A DNA stretch of 64,000 nucleotides from Channa argus (Eukaryota). This document shows, piece by piece, positions 1-14,773 of the stretch (positions within the stretch are counted from its first letter, which is position 1; each line of letters begins with the position of its first letter). The stretch lies in NCBI RefSeq assembly GCF_033026475.1, contig NC_090205.1, forward strand, positions 5,973,544 to 6,037,543, given 5' to 3'. Position numbers and translations under genes: made by a program. Under the pieces are notes generated by a model that saw only the letters and a list, made by a program, of their open reading frames with translations, searched no databases and was not told the DNA's origin.

Positions 1-2523
1 ATCATTTTGGTTCGCTCTCACTGCTCTTATCAGTTTCATTTTCCAACCTGCTCTACCAGAAATAATGTCTTTTTTGAATGAATGAAGTGCTACATTGAAT
101 AAGGGAAACGGGGAGGCTTCTGGAGTCAGGGGTGGATGGAAAAATAAGTGCAGAACTGTTAAACTATAAAATGGAGATTGACTCCAGAGTCCTGTGTGTG
201 GTTGTTTTTAGACAAAAAAAAAAAAAAAAAACTTGGGTTAGAGAATCCATTAAAGCTACAGTACAAGGCTTTTTGGAATTTATTTATTTTGTTAGTTATG
301 CTCGATAAGGTTTGACCTTCTGTGTGTTACTGATGCAAAAGGTTACCTTGTGTGTATCTATGAAACAGCGTCAATATTTGAAACCCTAGGTAGAGGTGCT
401 GCTTCTTTCCAAAATGCGGCATATTGCAACTTTTATCCCGACCCCAATATTTGTCTAACCTTCACCAAAAGTGTGTTTACATGGACTTAAGTAACCGTGT
501 GTCATGTAATCTGGAAAACGGGTTTCTGAAATCAGTGTAGGTCATGAGGGAAACACTGGTTTCCCTATTTCTGTCATTGAACAAAGATTTTTCTGCTGTG
601 TTTGAACATAACCAGGTTTTCTCCAACTGCACATGTGCGTAAACAAAAAGGCTGCAGACAGGAACAGGCAGCTGAGAGAAAGGAGAGATCGTTAACGGGG
701 CGATGCCGCCTCAAAGTCTGGCTAAGGTCCGACAGAAGATTTAACTGACACGAAGTGCCTCGTTCCCCCGTGGATTTTAAAAGTTCACCCCCTGCGCTGT
801 CACTCTGCTGCCACACAAACACACACACACAGGGAAAGATAGAGAAGCGATTTCCATCATTTTTAAGGTTAAAATCTCTAAGCTAAGGCTTCCAGAATAA
901 GTCAGAGGTGGAGGAGAAATCTTGTTACTCTTCTGCTGCATGTACATGCAGATTTTCCATAACCAGACTTGAATTACCAACAGAAAATGTAGCACTTGCA
1001 ATTATGTCCAAGAAACATGCAGACAGGACCAACAACATAGAGTGAACATGACGAGCAAGAGAAATAGTCATTCCTCTGGAGATGGAGACCGAAAGCTGAG
1101 TCAACACTGGGCTTATATTTGATAGAAACATGACTCCAAATGAGGATCCAGCTCAATACCTGCTGCATGTGTTTAACAGTTATTTAGGTTTAGACTCTAA
1201 TTTAAAATAAGAATTTCTACTGTAAACAGCACTAAACAAAGAGCACAGCTGAATGCCATCGGCAGGTGCTTGGCTTTTCTACATTTGCTCACAGATAAGA
1301 CAGTCAGAAACAAGAAATGGGGAAATTGTCCCTTTGGGAAATTGCGCAAAAGTAAAAAAAATAAAAATAAATCTGGGATGTGAAAAGGTAAATAAAAGGA
1401 CAGTAAAAACTAAACATAGTGCATCTGAGTAAACTAAGTGCAACTGGAGCCACACACCAGTCAGAGGTGATGAACCTTTTGTTCTTTCTGAGAAAAAGTC
1501 TCCATATCAGTTCTTTGAGGCCGTGATTGAACTCATGTTGAATCATTTTGAAATGTTTTACAGTGTACTTCATGAGCCCGGAAGAACAATATCAAAGTGC
1601 TTTCACCGACTTTATTCTAACTCCTATTGCTGCTGCTGAAAAGACTGAAAAGACTCTTTGGAGGTACATTCCCACTGGAAACTGGGTTTTAGTCATACTT
1701 TGTTCAATTTGCCTCAGACCTTTGTAAAAGAATTAAAAGGAATCAACTGGAAGAATTTTTCTGTAGTGAGATGTGTAGGTAAAATTTGCTGTAAAATCAA
1801 AGTCACCGACATAATAGCGTCTGCACACAGAGACCCTGGGGATTCACTGCTCCCAGATCAGTTTGTAACACTTTGAGAACGCTGTTAGGGTATTTAGCAT
1901 CATATACTTCACTTTGAAAAGACAACAAACACAGGCGTTGTAACAGTTGTATTTTTATGTATTTGGCAAAGACAATGTGAAGCAATAGTCAATATCCAGA
2001 GTAATCAAAAGTTTAATCCAATTTACAAATAAACAATATGGGTCTTTTTGAGTGTCAAAATGAAAATTAGAAGGTTAAATGTTTTACATTTTTAAAAGCA
2101 AATGCCTCAATAGCTACTGCCATTAAATTTAATAGAATGCTCCATGGTGCTCAGTGCATAAATCTTAATGACTCTTGTGATCTCCTGACCTTTCCTCTAG
2201 TCCTCTAATCCACTGAAAGGCTCTGGCTAAACACATACTGAATGGATTTGCACAAACTTTTAAAGGTGAAGCCCTTGATGACAATTCATAGCAGGTTTTG
2301 CTAAAATCTCCTCTTGTTTGCATGTCTGTCCAGTATGTGTGCTCCAAAGAACTCTCACTCATGCACAGTGAGTATATGGACGTGGGTCTGAGGAATCCGG
2401 TACGTTACAGTTTTCATATTTGCATCATTACTGCACCGAGCAGAGGGAGGCTGGATCCTCACAATCTTACGATTAATGTTTCCAAATAACACCGTGAGCA
2501 TGTTAGCGTGATTGTTTATTTAT

Positions 2524-2610
2524 TTATTTCCTTTCGGCTAATCCCGTGAGTTCAGGGTCGACACAGCGGATCATTCTCCACATGTTGATTTGGCAAAGTT
2601 TTTTTTTTTA
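2524..2610 (-). mobile_element. Inverted 3'-tail fragment of the SINE family, with a T-run (poly-A on the minus strand).
   Basis: cctttcggctaatcccgtgagttcagggtcgacacagcggatcattctccacatgttgatttggcaaagttttttttttt is the reverse complement of the tail at 62990-63025. Confidence 0.55.
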
Positions 2611-5600
2611 TGCCCTTGATGCAATTCCTGACGCAAACACTACTGTGCTAAATTACTCTTAACATTATTGTTGACTCTTAGTCTGTTTATATGACTACAA
2701 AGGTCTTAGCTACTAGAGTTAAAAAAAAGTTTAACATTTTAATACATCATTTAATAATAATAATAGTGATAATAAATTGTATAAGCTGTTGCGGCATAAC
2801 CATGGCAGCAGTTTTTTTCTTGTGGAAATATGTAGGAGGGCTGTTTAAAGGAGGAACACTCTGATGAAGAGGTCGTCAATGGGTGAACATTCTTTTATAT
2901 CTTCCTAAAGCATTTGAAGAGGGAAAGATCAGCAAATGCTCAACACCACTCTGCACCATGCTGGATTTATCTCTTCTGCATCTCATCAGTCTGAGAGCTT
3001 CTGCTTTGAGAACAGGCTGATATCCTGGTTAAAAGAGCAGAACTCCTCTTTGAGCTTTCTGAAAATAACACGTTTCTAATTTGGTATTGTTCAAAACCCA
3101 TTTGCTGAGCATATAATACATTTCGGTATGATGTGTTTCTTTTGACCTCAGACGTCTTTGCTATTTCTAAGCACTGCAGTGTAGTTTGAAATCAGTGAGG
3201 GATTGCTGGCCTATTTGGCCAAGATTGACCTTGGTATTTGATATTAACACCATCATGCTGCCCATATGTGTCTAATAGGGCCCAGTCTGATGATGAATAG
3301 CACTCAGTGTTCACAGAGCTGACCTATAAGGGGTGGGACGCACAAAAAGGGCCAAAAAACAAAGGAAGCCCACTTTTCAGCTCATTTACTGTAGCTTCAG
3401 GGTGATTTACGCAGAACCTGTTCGGTGAGCTTTGTTGCGTTTGTATTTTGACTGTTTGAAATTTTGAGTGTTCCTCCCTTTGTGGTGTAAAAGCAGAGCA
3501 GATGTGTGATAGTAGAAAGGTTTTAATCTGAGGATCTTGTGATCTCAAACAAGATTTGGAATGTAACTTTGTTACGTTCGTTTTAAGCAACACTTTAAGT
3601 GCAGGAATATCACTTCGTAGGAAGCAACAGTACATTTCAGTTTTGAAAAAGCTCATTTGAGAAACACAAAATCACCCAATAACACAAAGAGCTGCACGAT
3701 AACCCAGAAAATTATGCAAAGAATTATACAAATCAAGACAAATGAACAGAGGCGCAAAAAATACCAAAAACAATGACACATTTAAAAAATAGGAGACACG
3801 AAATACATGAAGCGACCTGAGAAGTGAAACGCTCAGTTAAAAGAAAGAAATGACAGCAAAAAAAACTTACAGAAAAAGTCTAAAAAAAAAAGATGCAAAA
3901 TTAGTACAAAAAAATGAACGACAGCGTGACCAAAACCAGAGACCAGATGCCCAAAATCAAATGTAGAATCCCAAAAAGAGCCAAAATGACCAAAAAGAAA
4001 AGGGTGAGGCTTCTGTACCCAGAGGCCTATTTTTTTTTTTACAATCCATCTAACATCAAAAAGGGATTTAAATGCTTCTTCCATCACTGCTCTCAATTTG
4101 CAGCAGGGAGCAGCAGCACAGTAAAGTGCAGAATAAGAGTAAAGATGATGATGACAATGACCATTACCTGTTAGTTTCCTCTCTTGGTTTATTAGAGTAA
4201 GTCAGTGCAAACACAAAGGCAACATGTGAATCGTTGTTCACGGTTATGTATCTATAAACCATGGAACATTATACTTATGATTTTGGAGTCAGTATGATCG
4301 AGTTTCCTCTGTGTACAATAGCTCTCTGGATATTCAAACTTTCGCCCTGCCTTTCAAAGATCCACCCATCCGAAATGTGCTTTAAAGTCTTCACATCTGG
4401 AGGGGCACACTAAGGTTGAACCTCACATGTCCTCAGTTTGCTCTGTGTGAGAATTCTTTGTTTTTCTTTGGAAGGGGAAGGACAGAGCTGTGAGTATCTA
4501 CAGAGGCTTTGGTTTGAAAGAGAGGAAAAAATCAAAGTGCTCTAATGTGTTTTAAGGCGAAATCCAGGCTAAATCGATTCTGCTGAACTGAAACACTGGG
4601 GCGGTTTTTGCCAAACCACCGGGTTATTGTTTAGTGTATGTTTATACAGTTTGATCCATGAAAGAACAAAAAACAACTCAGTGCTGGGCCCTGCTTTCAT
4701 TTCAGCCCGATTTTAAGAGGATAGATGAACTAAATATCTTGTAGCGATCAATGGGTATCGATCAATTCCCTGAAATGCTTTTATTTCAGGCATAGTGTGG
4801 ACCAAATTGAAAAGCAGTGTGTTGATAATGGAGAGAAAGGGGAGAAACAGAATACGGTGCTGTGCTGTCCTCTGGACTGCTCTAAACTCTCAGTGCTGTG
4901 TTGTTTAATGAAACAGGAAACACGAGGGAACAGACTTCTAAGGTTTACTGTGGGGGTTTTTTAAAACGTACAGTTTGATTTCAAGATGCCGCCCTGTCTT
5001 ATTTTGTTGGCTGGGAAACCAACAGCCAGCTTTGTTAAGGTTGCTGAGTACAAAATCAGCGCATCAAGTGCATAACCATCGGCCCACGACATAAATATAA
5101 CAACAAGTAGGTAGAGTTATGACATTAAAAGACTGCTACATTAACAAGGAGGTATTCAGAATGGAAGGTGGAGCAATGTAAATCAATCTAACAGCTGAGA
5201 TATTAGATCAGCAGCGTAACCAGAGGATGGTGCATGGTGAGAGTAGCATGAAATTAGATTTCAGGGAGGCAGCACCAGTGAAAGTGACTGGCTTCAGTCT
5301 GGTAGGAGACAAAAATACAGGGACATCTTTCTGACGTTCTTGCTTCATGAGCTCTAAGGAAACCAAAGATTTCCAAAGTCTGAAGGTCCTACGTTCCGAG
5401 TACAGCTCCAGTGTTTGAACTGAATAGGGTTAAAAACAAAAATGAAAGGGCCAGAAAGAAAAGCCCATTTTAAATGAGGGTAAATGTAAGAAATCAGTCG
5501 GATCACTGAAATACTGTGGATGTGGATCTGAAACAGGCTTTTGTTTTGTCAGTGCATGAGGTGTTGACTTCATCTAGGTCCAACATGAGACTCAGTCATC

Positions 5601-7599
5601 GCTAATACCCCCCCACCCCCCCCCCCCCTCTGCTCTGGTACAGCTTTACTATGCTCATTACGTTCCGCCACGCTCGGCACAGCCCTTCAGGTAGTTGTAC
5701 TGATCTGAAAGAATTCACCAATCCAGCAGAAATTATTACTTTCCTCTCATTGGTTATTAGGCTTTTACTAATATTAAATCTAAAATCTAAAATCTAGACC
5801 AATGATATGCAGGAATAATAAGTTGCAGTAAATCTGTATATGTGTTTAATAAACAAATTATATTAAAGTACTAGGACTCTACTTCCCGAAATAAAAAAAA
5901 TACCTTAAATAAATTTAATCATAAAATATTTTACAAATAAATCCAATTTTGAAAAATATCAATAAAAAGAAAAATACTAGTCAAATATATAGAATCCACC
6001 AAACCAACAATCCTCCAGTGAAAACACACTGTGTAGTGGGGAAGAAAAAAATCCAATATTTCTCTCTGAAATTTGCATTTAATTATATAAAGTAAGGATG
6101 AATCTGGTCAAACTTGAGAATTGTTCAGAATAACAGAAGCAGCTTGTTGATCTCTTTCATGTTGTTCCATGTTAACCATACCATTATTGACAGTTCATAA
6201 ATTAATGGGACGACCTTAACAACATTTATAAGGTGAATTGGTTTCACATCCACAGGCTAAGAAAACAATATCAGGCTCTGTTTATTATATCAGGAGCCAT
6301 TAATTTTCTGCCAGCTTTATATTGAATATGTTATCAGAAGCCTGGCAAGCAAATGGGAGCAAAGACAAAATGAGCCAATTTAATACTGTTTGGCAGGAGG
6401 AGTTAAATTTCACTCTTATCTGCTCACTGTGATTTTGTCTGACTGGGAATCTCTAAAATAAATTTGTTCGACCTCATTCTCCTGAGGTGTTTGCACCTGT
6501 TCCTGACTTTTATCTACAGTGCTTCCATTAGTGCCCCATGATCCAGAACTGCAATGGGTGTTGGATAATTTTCCTTTCTGTTTCAGACAAAGAAGTTCAT
6601 TGTGTGTGAGCGTCTTCTGTTTCCAATTCAAACACTTCTCAGTTATAAACAACGCGTCCCTTTCATTTCATCCTCAGCTGAAGGTCGAGGAACAAATAGT
6701 TTAAGTTGTCCGCAACATGCTGCTCTTTGTTAACTTTTTCCCTTTTATGTGTGCTAAGCTCAGACGCTTTACTTTTAAAGCTAAGTGTTTCAGGGATTAG
6801 CTGTGACTCAAACCGTGTGGGCAGTTTCTTGGACTTTCTTTTCTTAGTTGAATGCTAATTATTGAATTATGCTATTTATTTCGGCTTCCTACATATCCGA
6901 ATGGGGTTGTACACCAAGATAACTGCAGCTACTGTACAACTCAGCAAATGCCAGCAATTAGAAATAGAAAGAAGCACAACGGGCCTTATGAATATTTCTT
7001 GAATTATTAATCACATGTAAAACTCTTATTCAAATACGTTGAATGGAGTAGAGCTGCTGATAACCAGGGCTGTGTTTCAACACCTAATGCAGCAGAATAA
7101 GAATAAGAATCTTTAGTGTGACGCAGAAAAGTGGAAATCCTTTTCTTTTTTTAATTAATTTTGATCTGTGGTTCACTTTGTCTTATTTTGTCTCTGTTTT
7201 TTTGTTGTTGTAGTGTTTTTATTTGTTTTGTGTGTTTATCTGCAGTAATTTCAGTTTACTAATTACAGTGTTTTTTGGTAAACATGTGGGTTTTTGGAGG
7301 CGTGTTTTTTCTTATTTTTCCTTTAATTTTAAAGCATGTTTGCTGATTTTCTCTGCATGATGAAGGACACAAAAACTCAATACATTTCTCCTTCCTTTTC
7401 TGTCGATTATGCCTGCTTCATGTTTGGGGGGGACATTAACTTATTAATGGTAACAGACACAAATGATGGGTTGAAGGTCTGATGCTTTTTGCAGTTTTGT
7501 GGGTGGGCAACGGCAAATTCTCCATCAGGAAGCCAAAGCGTAAAATGACTGCACACCAGTTCACCGCTAGCACTGCATATGTCAAATACGTCTTTTAAA

Positions 7600-7770
7600 T
7601 AAGACAGTGGCAAAAGAAAATGGAATAGTAGGTAACTTTGACTAGAAATGTAGTGCAGTAAAAAGTAGAGATGTTTGCTCTAATGTAGTGGAGTAAAAGT
7701 ACAAAGTAGCCATAATTCAATCTACTTAAGTAAAGTACAGATATGTGGAAAATGTAGTTAAGTACTTAGT
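7600..7770 (+). repeat. MITE-like element with hAT/Tol2-type subterminal motifs (agtaaaagtac / cttaagtaaagtac). Related copies lie at 20090-20200, 21460-21640 and 25720-25900.
   Basis: The AAGTAC / GTACTT half-sites recur (tagtgcagtaaaaagtag, gtagtggagtaaaagtacaaagtag, tacttaagtaaagtacag). The same word family recurs in three parp4-locus introns. Confidence 0.4.
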
Positions 7771-10700
7771 CACTTTCTATCCCTGGTTTCTTGGTCTTTT
7801 GGTTAGTTTTTATCTTTTCTGACAAACTCTTTTTGTATCTGTTCGGTCGCTTTACGTGCGTTTTTGGTGATTGTTTTTCATCTTGATCATTTTGTGCCAA
7901 CAAGAAATTTTAAGACTCGTGTGTTATTAAGGCACCACTGATCTCTTGGGCCTCTACTTAATAGACCCGTTTGAAAGTCCATGGTCCAGTGTTCCTTGCT
8001 GAAATTTTAAAAAGAAACTTTGGTCAAAAATGAATGGAAGCAGATGGCTAACTGATGGCAAACTGTGGAAAACAGTTTAACAGACTGTGGGACAGTGTTA
8101 AAGAAAAAACAGTATAAATGTAGGACAGATGAATTGTATGTTTTACTAAAATGTCCTCCGCATATGAGGAAGACACTGTGAGACAGAGCCACGAGAAAAC
8201 TGTCGATCTGACTTTTGGAAAGTATTTCAAGTTATTCAGTGGCTTAGTTCTGAGAGAAGCAGAAAATGAAGGATGCTATTGAAAGTGAAGCAGTTCCCTT
8301 TTATAATTCCTATTGAGCTCTGTGAAAATTCATTAAAAGACTCACAGCTTCTGCAAAGTCCGGACATATGAACAATGCAGCAGACCCGACTTTGACAAAT
8401 GAAGATCAAACTGTTTTATACACACAAAGTCAAACACTTCTTTCTGATTCTAGGCCGTCAGGTTTCAGCTGTCGTTACATATGCGGCGAATTTGTAGCGA
8501 TTAGTTCACATTATCTATAGCTTGACTGCTAAAAGGGTCGGCTCTCCTTCAGAAGTTGAAAAAAAAGAAATGGATGTCAACAAGAATATTAAACTGAGCA
8601 TGCAGCACTTGTTTCCAGCTGCCACAATGACCTCTTACTTCAATACATAAAAAAGGTTTCTATGCGCACAGCCTCTTCTGTCGCCTTCTCTCTGCAGCAG
8701 AGACAGCACAAACATATGAATGCTGACTTATATAATTATCGTTCTGTGCAAGGCAATGTGCTGCAGGAATGCGGAAAGGAAACCTAAAAGATGGAGTCGA
8801 TGTCTGTATGGATCTGCGAGGAGGCTGCAAATATCCATGGACAAATTGCCCATGGATATTTGCAGCATGTGTTTCTGCTACATGGGCTGCAGGAAAACAG
8901 TAGCTGATGAACACACGCTGATAAGATGAATCATAATGACTTTTGGTAATACCCTGACTTTTTATCCATTGCCACTATGGGGTTGATGAAGTTTAAGTGA
9001 AATGTCTCAACCTCTGTTTAATGATTTGCCTGTGTAGGCACATTCCGTGCAGCACCACTGATGGTTCAGACAAACCTCTTTTGTTATGATTAAGGTGCAG
9101 CAGCAATCAGGGCATTTCTTCCAGTATGTACATCTCTGCTCAAGGTCTTGTGATTGCTGCTGCCAACATTTGCCTTACTACCGATGCAAGATGGCGAACA
9201 TGGTGTTAGCATCATCAGAGGGACCATTGAGCTCAATGTGCCTCACTGCAGTCTCATGGAGCCACTAGCATTTCTGCCGCGTTACAACAAAATGCATGTC
9301 TTTGGACTGTGGGAGGAAACTCACACAAGCATGGGAAGAACATGCAAACTCCACACAGCCCGGGACACGATCACTGGAGTTCAGTGTCTTGTCTGAGGTG
9401 AGAGAAAGACATTTCTGACTTCCCTAAATATACCTAGGGACATGTCTGTACAGGACACATAGCCAGGAGAGACTGGGCGCTGCAGTTGGTAAAGGCCACT
9501 GTCTTACCAACCGGGCTTCAGCCGTCCCATAGGGAAATGTCCATACTAATATTTTGGGAAATCTTTCTAATATTTGAGCAAGGTCCTTCGCATAATCTTT
9601 GGTGTGAATATGTCCAATCTAAGGAGTGATAGGACAGAGCGCCTCCCCAGGACACACCTTTAACACATATTAACAGCAAATTCACTTTGTTGGATAGTAA
9701 ACTGAAAAGAAGCCTAATCAGACGAGCTGGTCTTGTGTTGCTGCCTCAGTCGTGGCGTCTGTTACTACAAAAGTTCAACAGTTTACACTGGGTTTAAAAT
9801 ACCAGGTAATTATTAACAACACCAAATTATAAAAAAAATGTAAAAATTAACTTTTAAATAGGAAGGAATAATTAGAAAATGTAGAGGAATAGATGTTTGA
9901 GGATTCTGGGTAAACTGCACTCGACACAAGCACAGTGAATGCAGGTGTAGTTAATGTGGTTAATTCGGCCTGTGCTGGGAAATAACAGTAGAAAGTTAGA
10001 AAGCTGCTGTTTAAAGCCCGGGACATGAAGGGAGAACAGGGACAGGATTATGGTAGAGGGGGACTGGAGGAAAGCAAACACGGTCTGACTTCAAGTAACT
10101 CTCGTCAACGGATGCTACAGTTCTGATAGCATAACCCTGTAAATGTGTTTGAATAGGCCGTTATTTAGCTAGGCGAGTGTGTGCTTTGGGGTTGTGGAGT
10201 AACTTTGTGTACTTTAGCAGTTATGGTGGTCTGAATGCCAATTAGCCACGTGCTGGGTTTTTAATGGTAATTAGCCATGTGGAGCTGGGGCGGCACAGGT
10301 TCCTCTTCCCTGTTTAAATGAGTGAAGAGAAAATGACATTAGAGTATTTTCTGGTAACTGCAGGGCTAAATTGTTTAATGTGTGTTTAGAAACACATTCA
10401 TATGTTTGTAACAATAAAATCAAAAATCTACTATATGATGATCCAGTTAGTGAAATAAAAAAAATAAAAATGTTTTCATTTTTAGCTTAATAAGCTTAAA
10501 GCTACAAGCTGCTCTGCTATGCTCCACACAGCCCTTCAGGTTTTAGATGGTATCAGATTGCAATGAATAGTCCCGTAGGAATGAGGATGTTTTTTTGCTG
10601 TTGTTGTTGTTGTTGTTGGCCAACCTGGAAGCATCTTCATTGTTTCATTGACAAAAAGCCGATGGAATTTTTCATTGACATTTGGATTTTTGTGGAAAAA

Positions 10701-12939
10701 AAGCTCAGTGACCAACAGACATTTATGAGATACATGTTTTTCAGCAAGATTATATTTACAGATGAACACCACTTTATGATTTCTGCATCTTAAATACAGT
10801 CGGCAGAAGTAAGAAGCGATTACTGGGCTATCAACTAACCACAGCACAGTCACATGACTGCAGTGTCGCCACCACTATGCTTCCAGAACTACTGGTCTGG
10901 TGGCTCAGTGCATCCAGCATTAAAATTCATGCCAAATCAAAATGCGGAACATGTTCCGCTGTGGCGACCCGTGAAGGGACAAGCCGAAAGCTACTGATCG
11001 TTGACATCAACCTTTTCTACAGAATTCTTTTTTCTTACGTTGACCCAATAAAGATAGTGATCATGACTCGTGAACTTAACAACACTGTAGATGTTTCATT
11101 AAGCTGCTTGTTCGCCACTGCTTTTCAAGACACAAGAGGGTGCAAGAGGGTTTTTGCTTGATGGCTTTGATGTCAGAAAATGTCTTCACCTTGTGTTAAC
11201 TATAGACCTTATTTCAAACCCATTTTAAACACCATGTATGACGCTAACTACTTTCCAGGTTTTAGGACATCATAGGGTATTCTAAGAATCAGGCAGGTAT
11301 AATTGACATTTCCTGATGGGGTCTGAGTTTCACACAGAAGTATAGAATAGAAGCATAGAAGTCCTTTTGGAGAGAAACTTCGAAAAAGTTTACGTACTGT
11401 AGCTTTAATTTCCACACTGTATTAGTGCTACTTTTCTGTATTTAGCCATAAAAATGATTTAAACAATGAAATACTTAATTGTCGAAAGGCAATTAAACCC
11501 AACAACAAAGACTAATTTGGCCTGGTCCTTAAAAACCAAAGCAGCATCTCAGTTCTTTTGTACTAAATTTCTTTTAATCGTTTTTCTTTTTGGGGAAATT
11601 AAAAAGGTGAAAAGCCCTGGACGTGCACTGGTATCTTGATGCACATTCATTCATTTGTTGCTGTACCAATGTGTGTGTGTGTGTGTGTGTGTTATATTTG
11701 GGCAGCCGCTGTCACCCACCACTGTGCAGGCCACACCAGGCGTCATAGATTTCCAGTCGTGTGACATTAAACTCAGACTGCTGCTACAGTATTTCCACTC
11801 TGCCCGTCTGTTTTTTCATTCGAGCTTAACTAAGCCACAAGAGGAGCGAGATGAGAGAGGAAAGAGACGGAAGGTGTGGAGGCGACGCTGAGAAAGAGAG
11901 ATGGAGAGAATCCTCGTCTAGCTGATGCGACATGCTGAGTAAATAACATCAGTGGAAGAGAGATGGAGAGGTTGCAGTGAAAACAGAATGTATAAAAAGA
12001 TGAGGCAGTGAGGGATGCATGGGGTGCAAGAAAGGATGGATGAGGGGGGAGGATCTTTGAGGTGCTTTGCTTTTTTTTTTTTTTTTACATGAATAGAATC
12101 AATCAGGAGGACAAATTTGTGGAGTGTGAGGTGATGACTAGTATTCAGGGATATTATGACCGTTTGTGGCTCCCAAAAGCAGGAAGGAGAGCTGTGCACC
12201 ATCCTCACATCAGACATCTATTGTCTCCGAGGGTGAGTGTTTTGGCGCCGACCAGAGGAGCCAGAGCTCCCCCCAGTGGCAGGTTTGGGCACCGCAGTAC
12301 CTTGTCCCGTGCAGTCACTTGTGTAATTGGCAATAGTTTGCTAGAAAACATAGTGGAGCAGAAATAATTTCTCCTTTGGGTTGATTCGTGTTTTTTGTAC
12401 AGCACCTGTACTTATACACACTTATATTCAAAGTATTCAAACATGCTATGGATATATGATAACATTTACATATTTGATGAAAATTAAACAACATAAAGAA
12501 CAGAGTACAATACTTTAGGACAATGATAATCATTCACTGATAGTCATCAGAGGACATAACCCTCCATAACCTCCACTGGTTCTCAGGTTCATTTTATATT
12601 AGACACCTCTACATCATATTTATCTTCATTTTTGCATTTCCACTACACCTTCTTTTAGCAAACTACATTATGGTGGACAGACGTTTAATGCCAGCATTAC
12701 ACATTCATTTTCCGTTATCTTTTTTGTTGTTGTTGTTGTTGTGGTATTCTGTTCTGGTGAGTTGTACATTCGTTGGTGGGTTTGCAGTATAACCATTAGA
12801 TCCTTTAGCGTATGTATGGTTTCGTTTTCTTCATTTTGTCTTTGTTTAACTGTGTGCTCAACTAAACCAAACCCCATTTACAACAAAGGTTTAAGTCAGT
12901 CAAACCACATTTTCTCAATTAGAAGGCAAATGTTTTAAC

Positions 12940-13700
12940 TAAACATTTTCACTGTGAGTCATAGGATCCTTTAGTTTTACTTTTAGTAATTCAGATGAAA
13001 GATCTCTGTTTCTTGCTGATGGTGGCAGTGCCCTGTTCATAAGTAGCCTGATATTGTAGCCTTTTCTATGTCCATAAACACATTCAGACTGGATAGGCAA
13101 ACTGGCAGAATCTCTCATGTAGCCTTGCAAGAACAGGTTGGCCCACTGTTCCACCTCTGATTTGCATCTCTGCTTTTTGCTGATGACGTGCTTCAATTGG
13201 CTCCATCAGACTGTGACCTTCAATATGCACTAAGCAAAACTCTAAATTTAACTGCCTACATTCCACTATGCATCTATGGTCCTGAGGTAGTGACTGAAAG
13301 AATGTGAATGTAAATGTAAGCTGCCAAAACGAGTTCCCTCCGTGGGGCGACTGGGCCGATGGAGTGTGGGGGTTGGACATCCTGAGAACGCGATGATTAA
13401 AGCTGCTCCTCCTTTGAATCAAAAGGAGAAGGTTGTGGTGGTTCAGGCATTTTTGGACTGCATCCTGGGTGTTTTCCACAAGAGGTTTCCAGGCATGTCC
13501 AACTGGTAGGAGACCCCAAGCAGACCCAAAACATGCTGGAGAGATTATATCTCATCTGTCCTGGGATTACCTTGGAACACTGCCATAGGAGCTGGAAAAC
13601 ATTGCTGGGTAGAGAGAAGTCTGTAAATTGTGCTTAATCTCCTTAACCTGCTGCCACGGCGACCCAGCTGAATAAGCAGAGGATAATTGATGGATGGAGG
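12940..13700 (+). mobile_element. Decayed LINE (non-LTR retrotransposon, L2/Rex-like) fragment: reverse-transcriptase C-terminus plus 3' tail.
   Basis: Plus-strand translation gives the hallmark RT motif LLFADDVLQLAPSDCDLQYAL (the FADD box) around 13170-13230. The downstream 3' UTR-like tail is ...ctgctgccacggcgacccagctgaataagcagaggataattgatggatgg, typical of teleost LINE ends. The reading frame is broken by stops. Confidence 0.6.
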
Positions 13701-14773
13701 GACTTTTTTCAGGGGTTTTAAAGAGAAAATAATAGAAGTCCAATTATGATTTTGAAATAGTCTAATCAAAAACCAGGCTAGAGGTACGTTTTGTGTTTAA
13801 TATAATCAGAGAATAAATTCAAGGCTGCCTCATTAGATGATTTTCTCCTACACTTTGAAGCTCCTAAATGACTTGTGTCAGAGGACCCAGGGGGTTGCTG
13901 CGCCAAATTTGCAACATCCAACCTGCAGAGATCATTTCAATTTTGACACATTTCATTGAATAAATCCCACAACGGAAAGTCGTGCAAGTCAAAGACGCAG
14001 GTGGTACCTGCAAATGTAGCCACACGTTGTCAGACAGTTTTTGTTGTGAAATGATTTCTGTTTTATACTGTTTATTGCATGAATGTCAGACAAACAGGCT
14101 GATTCAAGACCATGAAGGGCTTTATAAACTCCAAAATCAATATGAAACCTGACAGGCAACCACTGCAAAGACTTTAAAATGTCTGTAACATAAGCTTCCA
14201 TCTGGTCCCGTGGGGAGAAGAGTTCAGAATCAATTGTAACTGATTTATACGAAGCTCAGTGCATCATGGTACGTGCTACATATACTACAGTGCTGGACAT
14301 TACTGAATGAATACTGTGACAATGTTCGTCAATTCCATCAGTAAATACATCCGGCTACCTGCTGCACAGACTCTGAGGGAGTCATACAGTAACGAGAAAG
14401 CTGAATCATATATCTTTTCTGTCCTTTTGCTGAGAATAAAGCTGACTCACTCACTGTGTCACTCCAAGGCTGCACAAAGACAGTCTGAATGGTCGGGAGA
14501 TCAAAGCCAATGTGCAGTCATCTCTCTCTGAAGCAGCACACCAATTAAACACAAAGTGACAAGGCTCGGATTAGACGCTGTTTACAGCTGCTGGAATCAG
14601 TAAAGAAACCACAGTGCCACGAGATGCCAAGCGAAATGGAGAATGCTAAGGCACAATCACTACACGAAGGGATCTATATGTATGAAAATAGCCACAGGCT
14701 GTCTGAAGCCAGTTTATTTTGGTTGTTTGGATTTATCTAAGAGTAAAATACAATAATTTCACACCTTCCTGCT

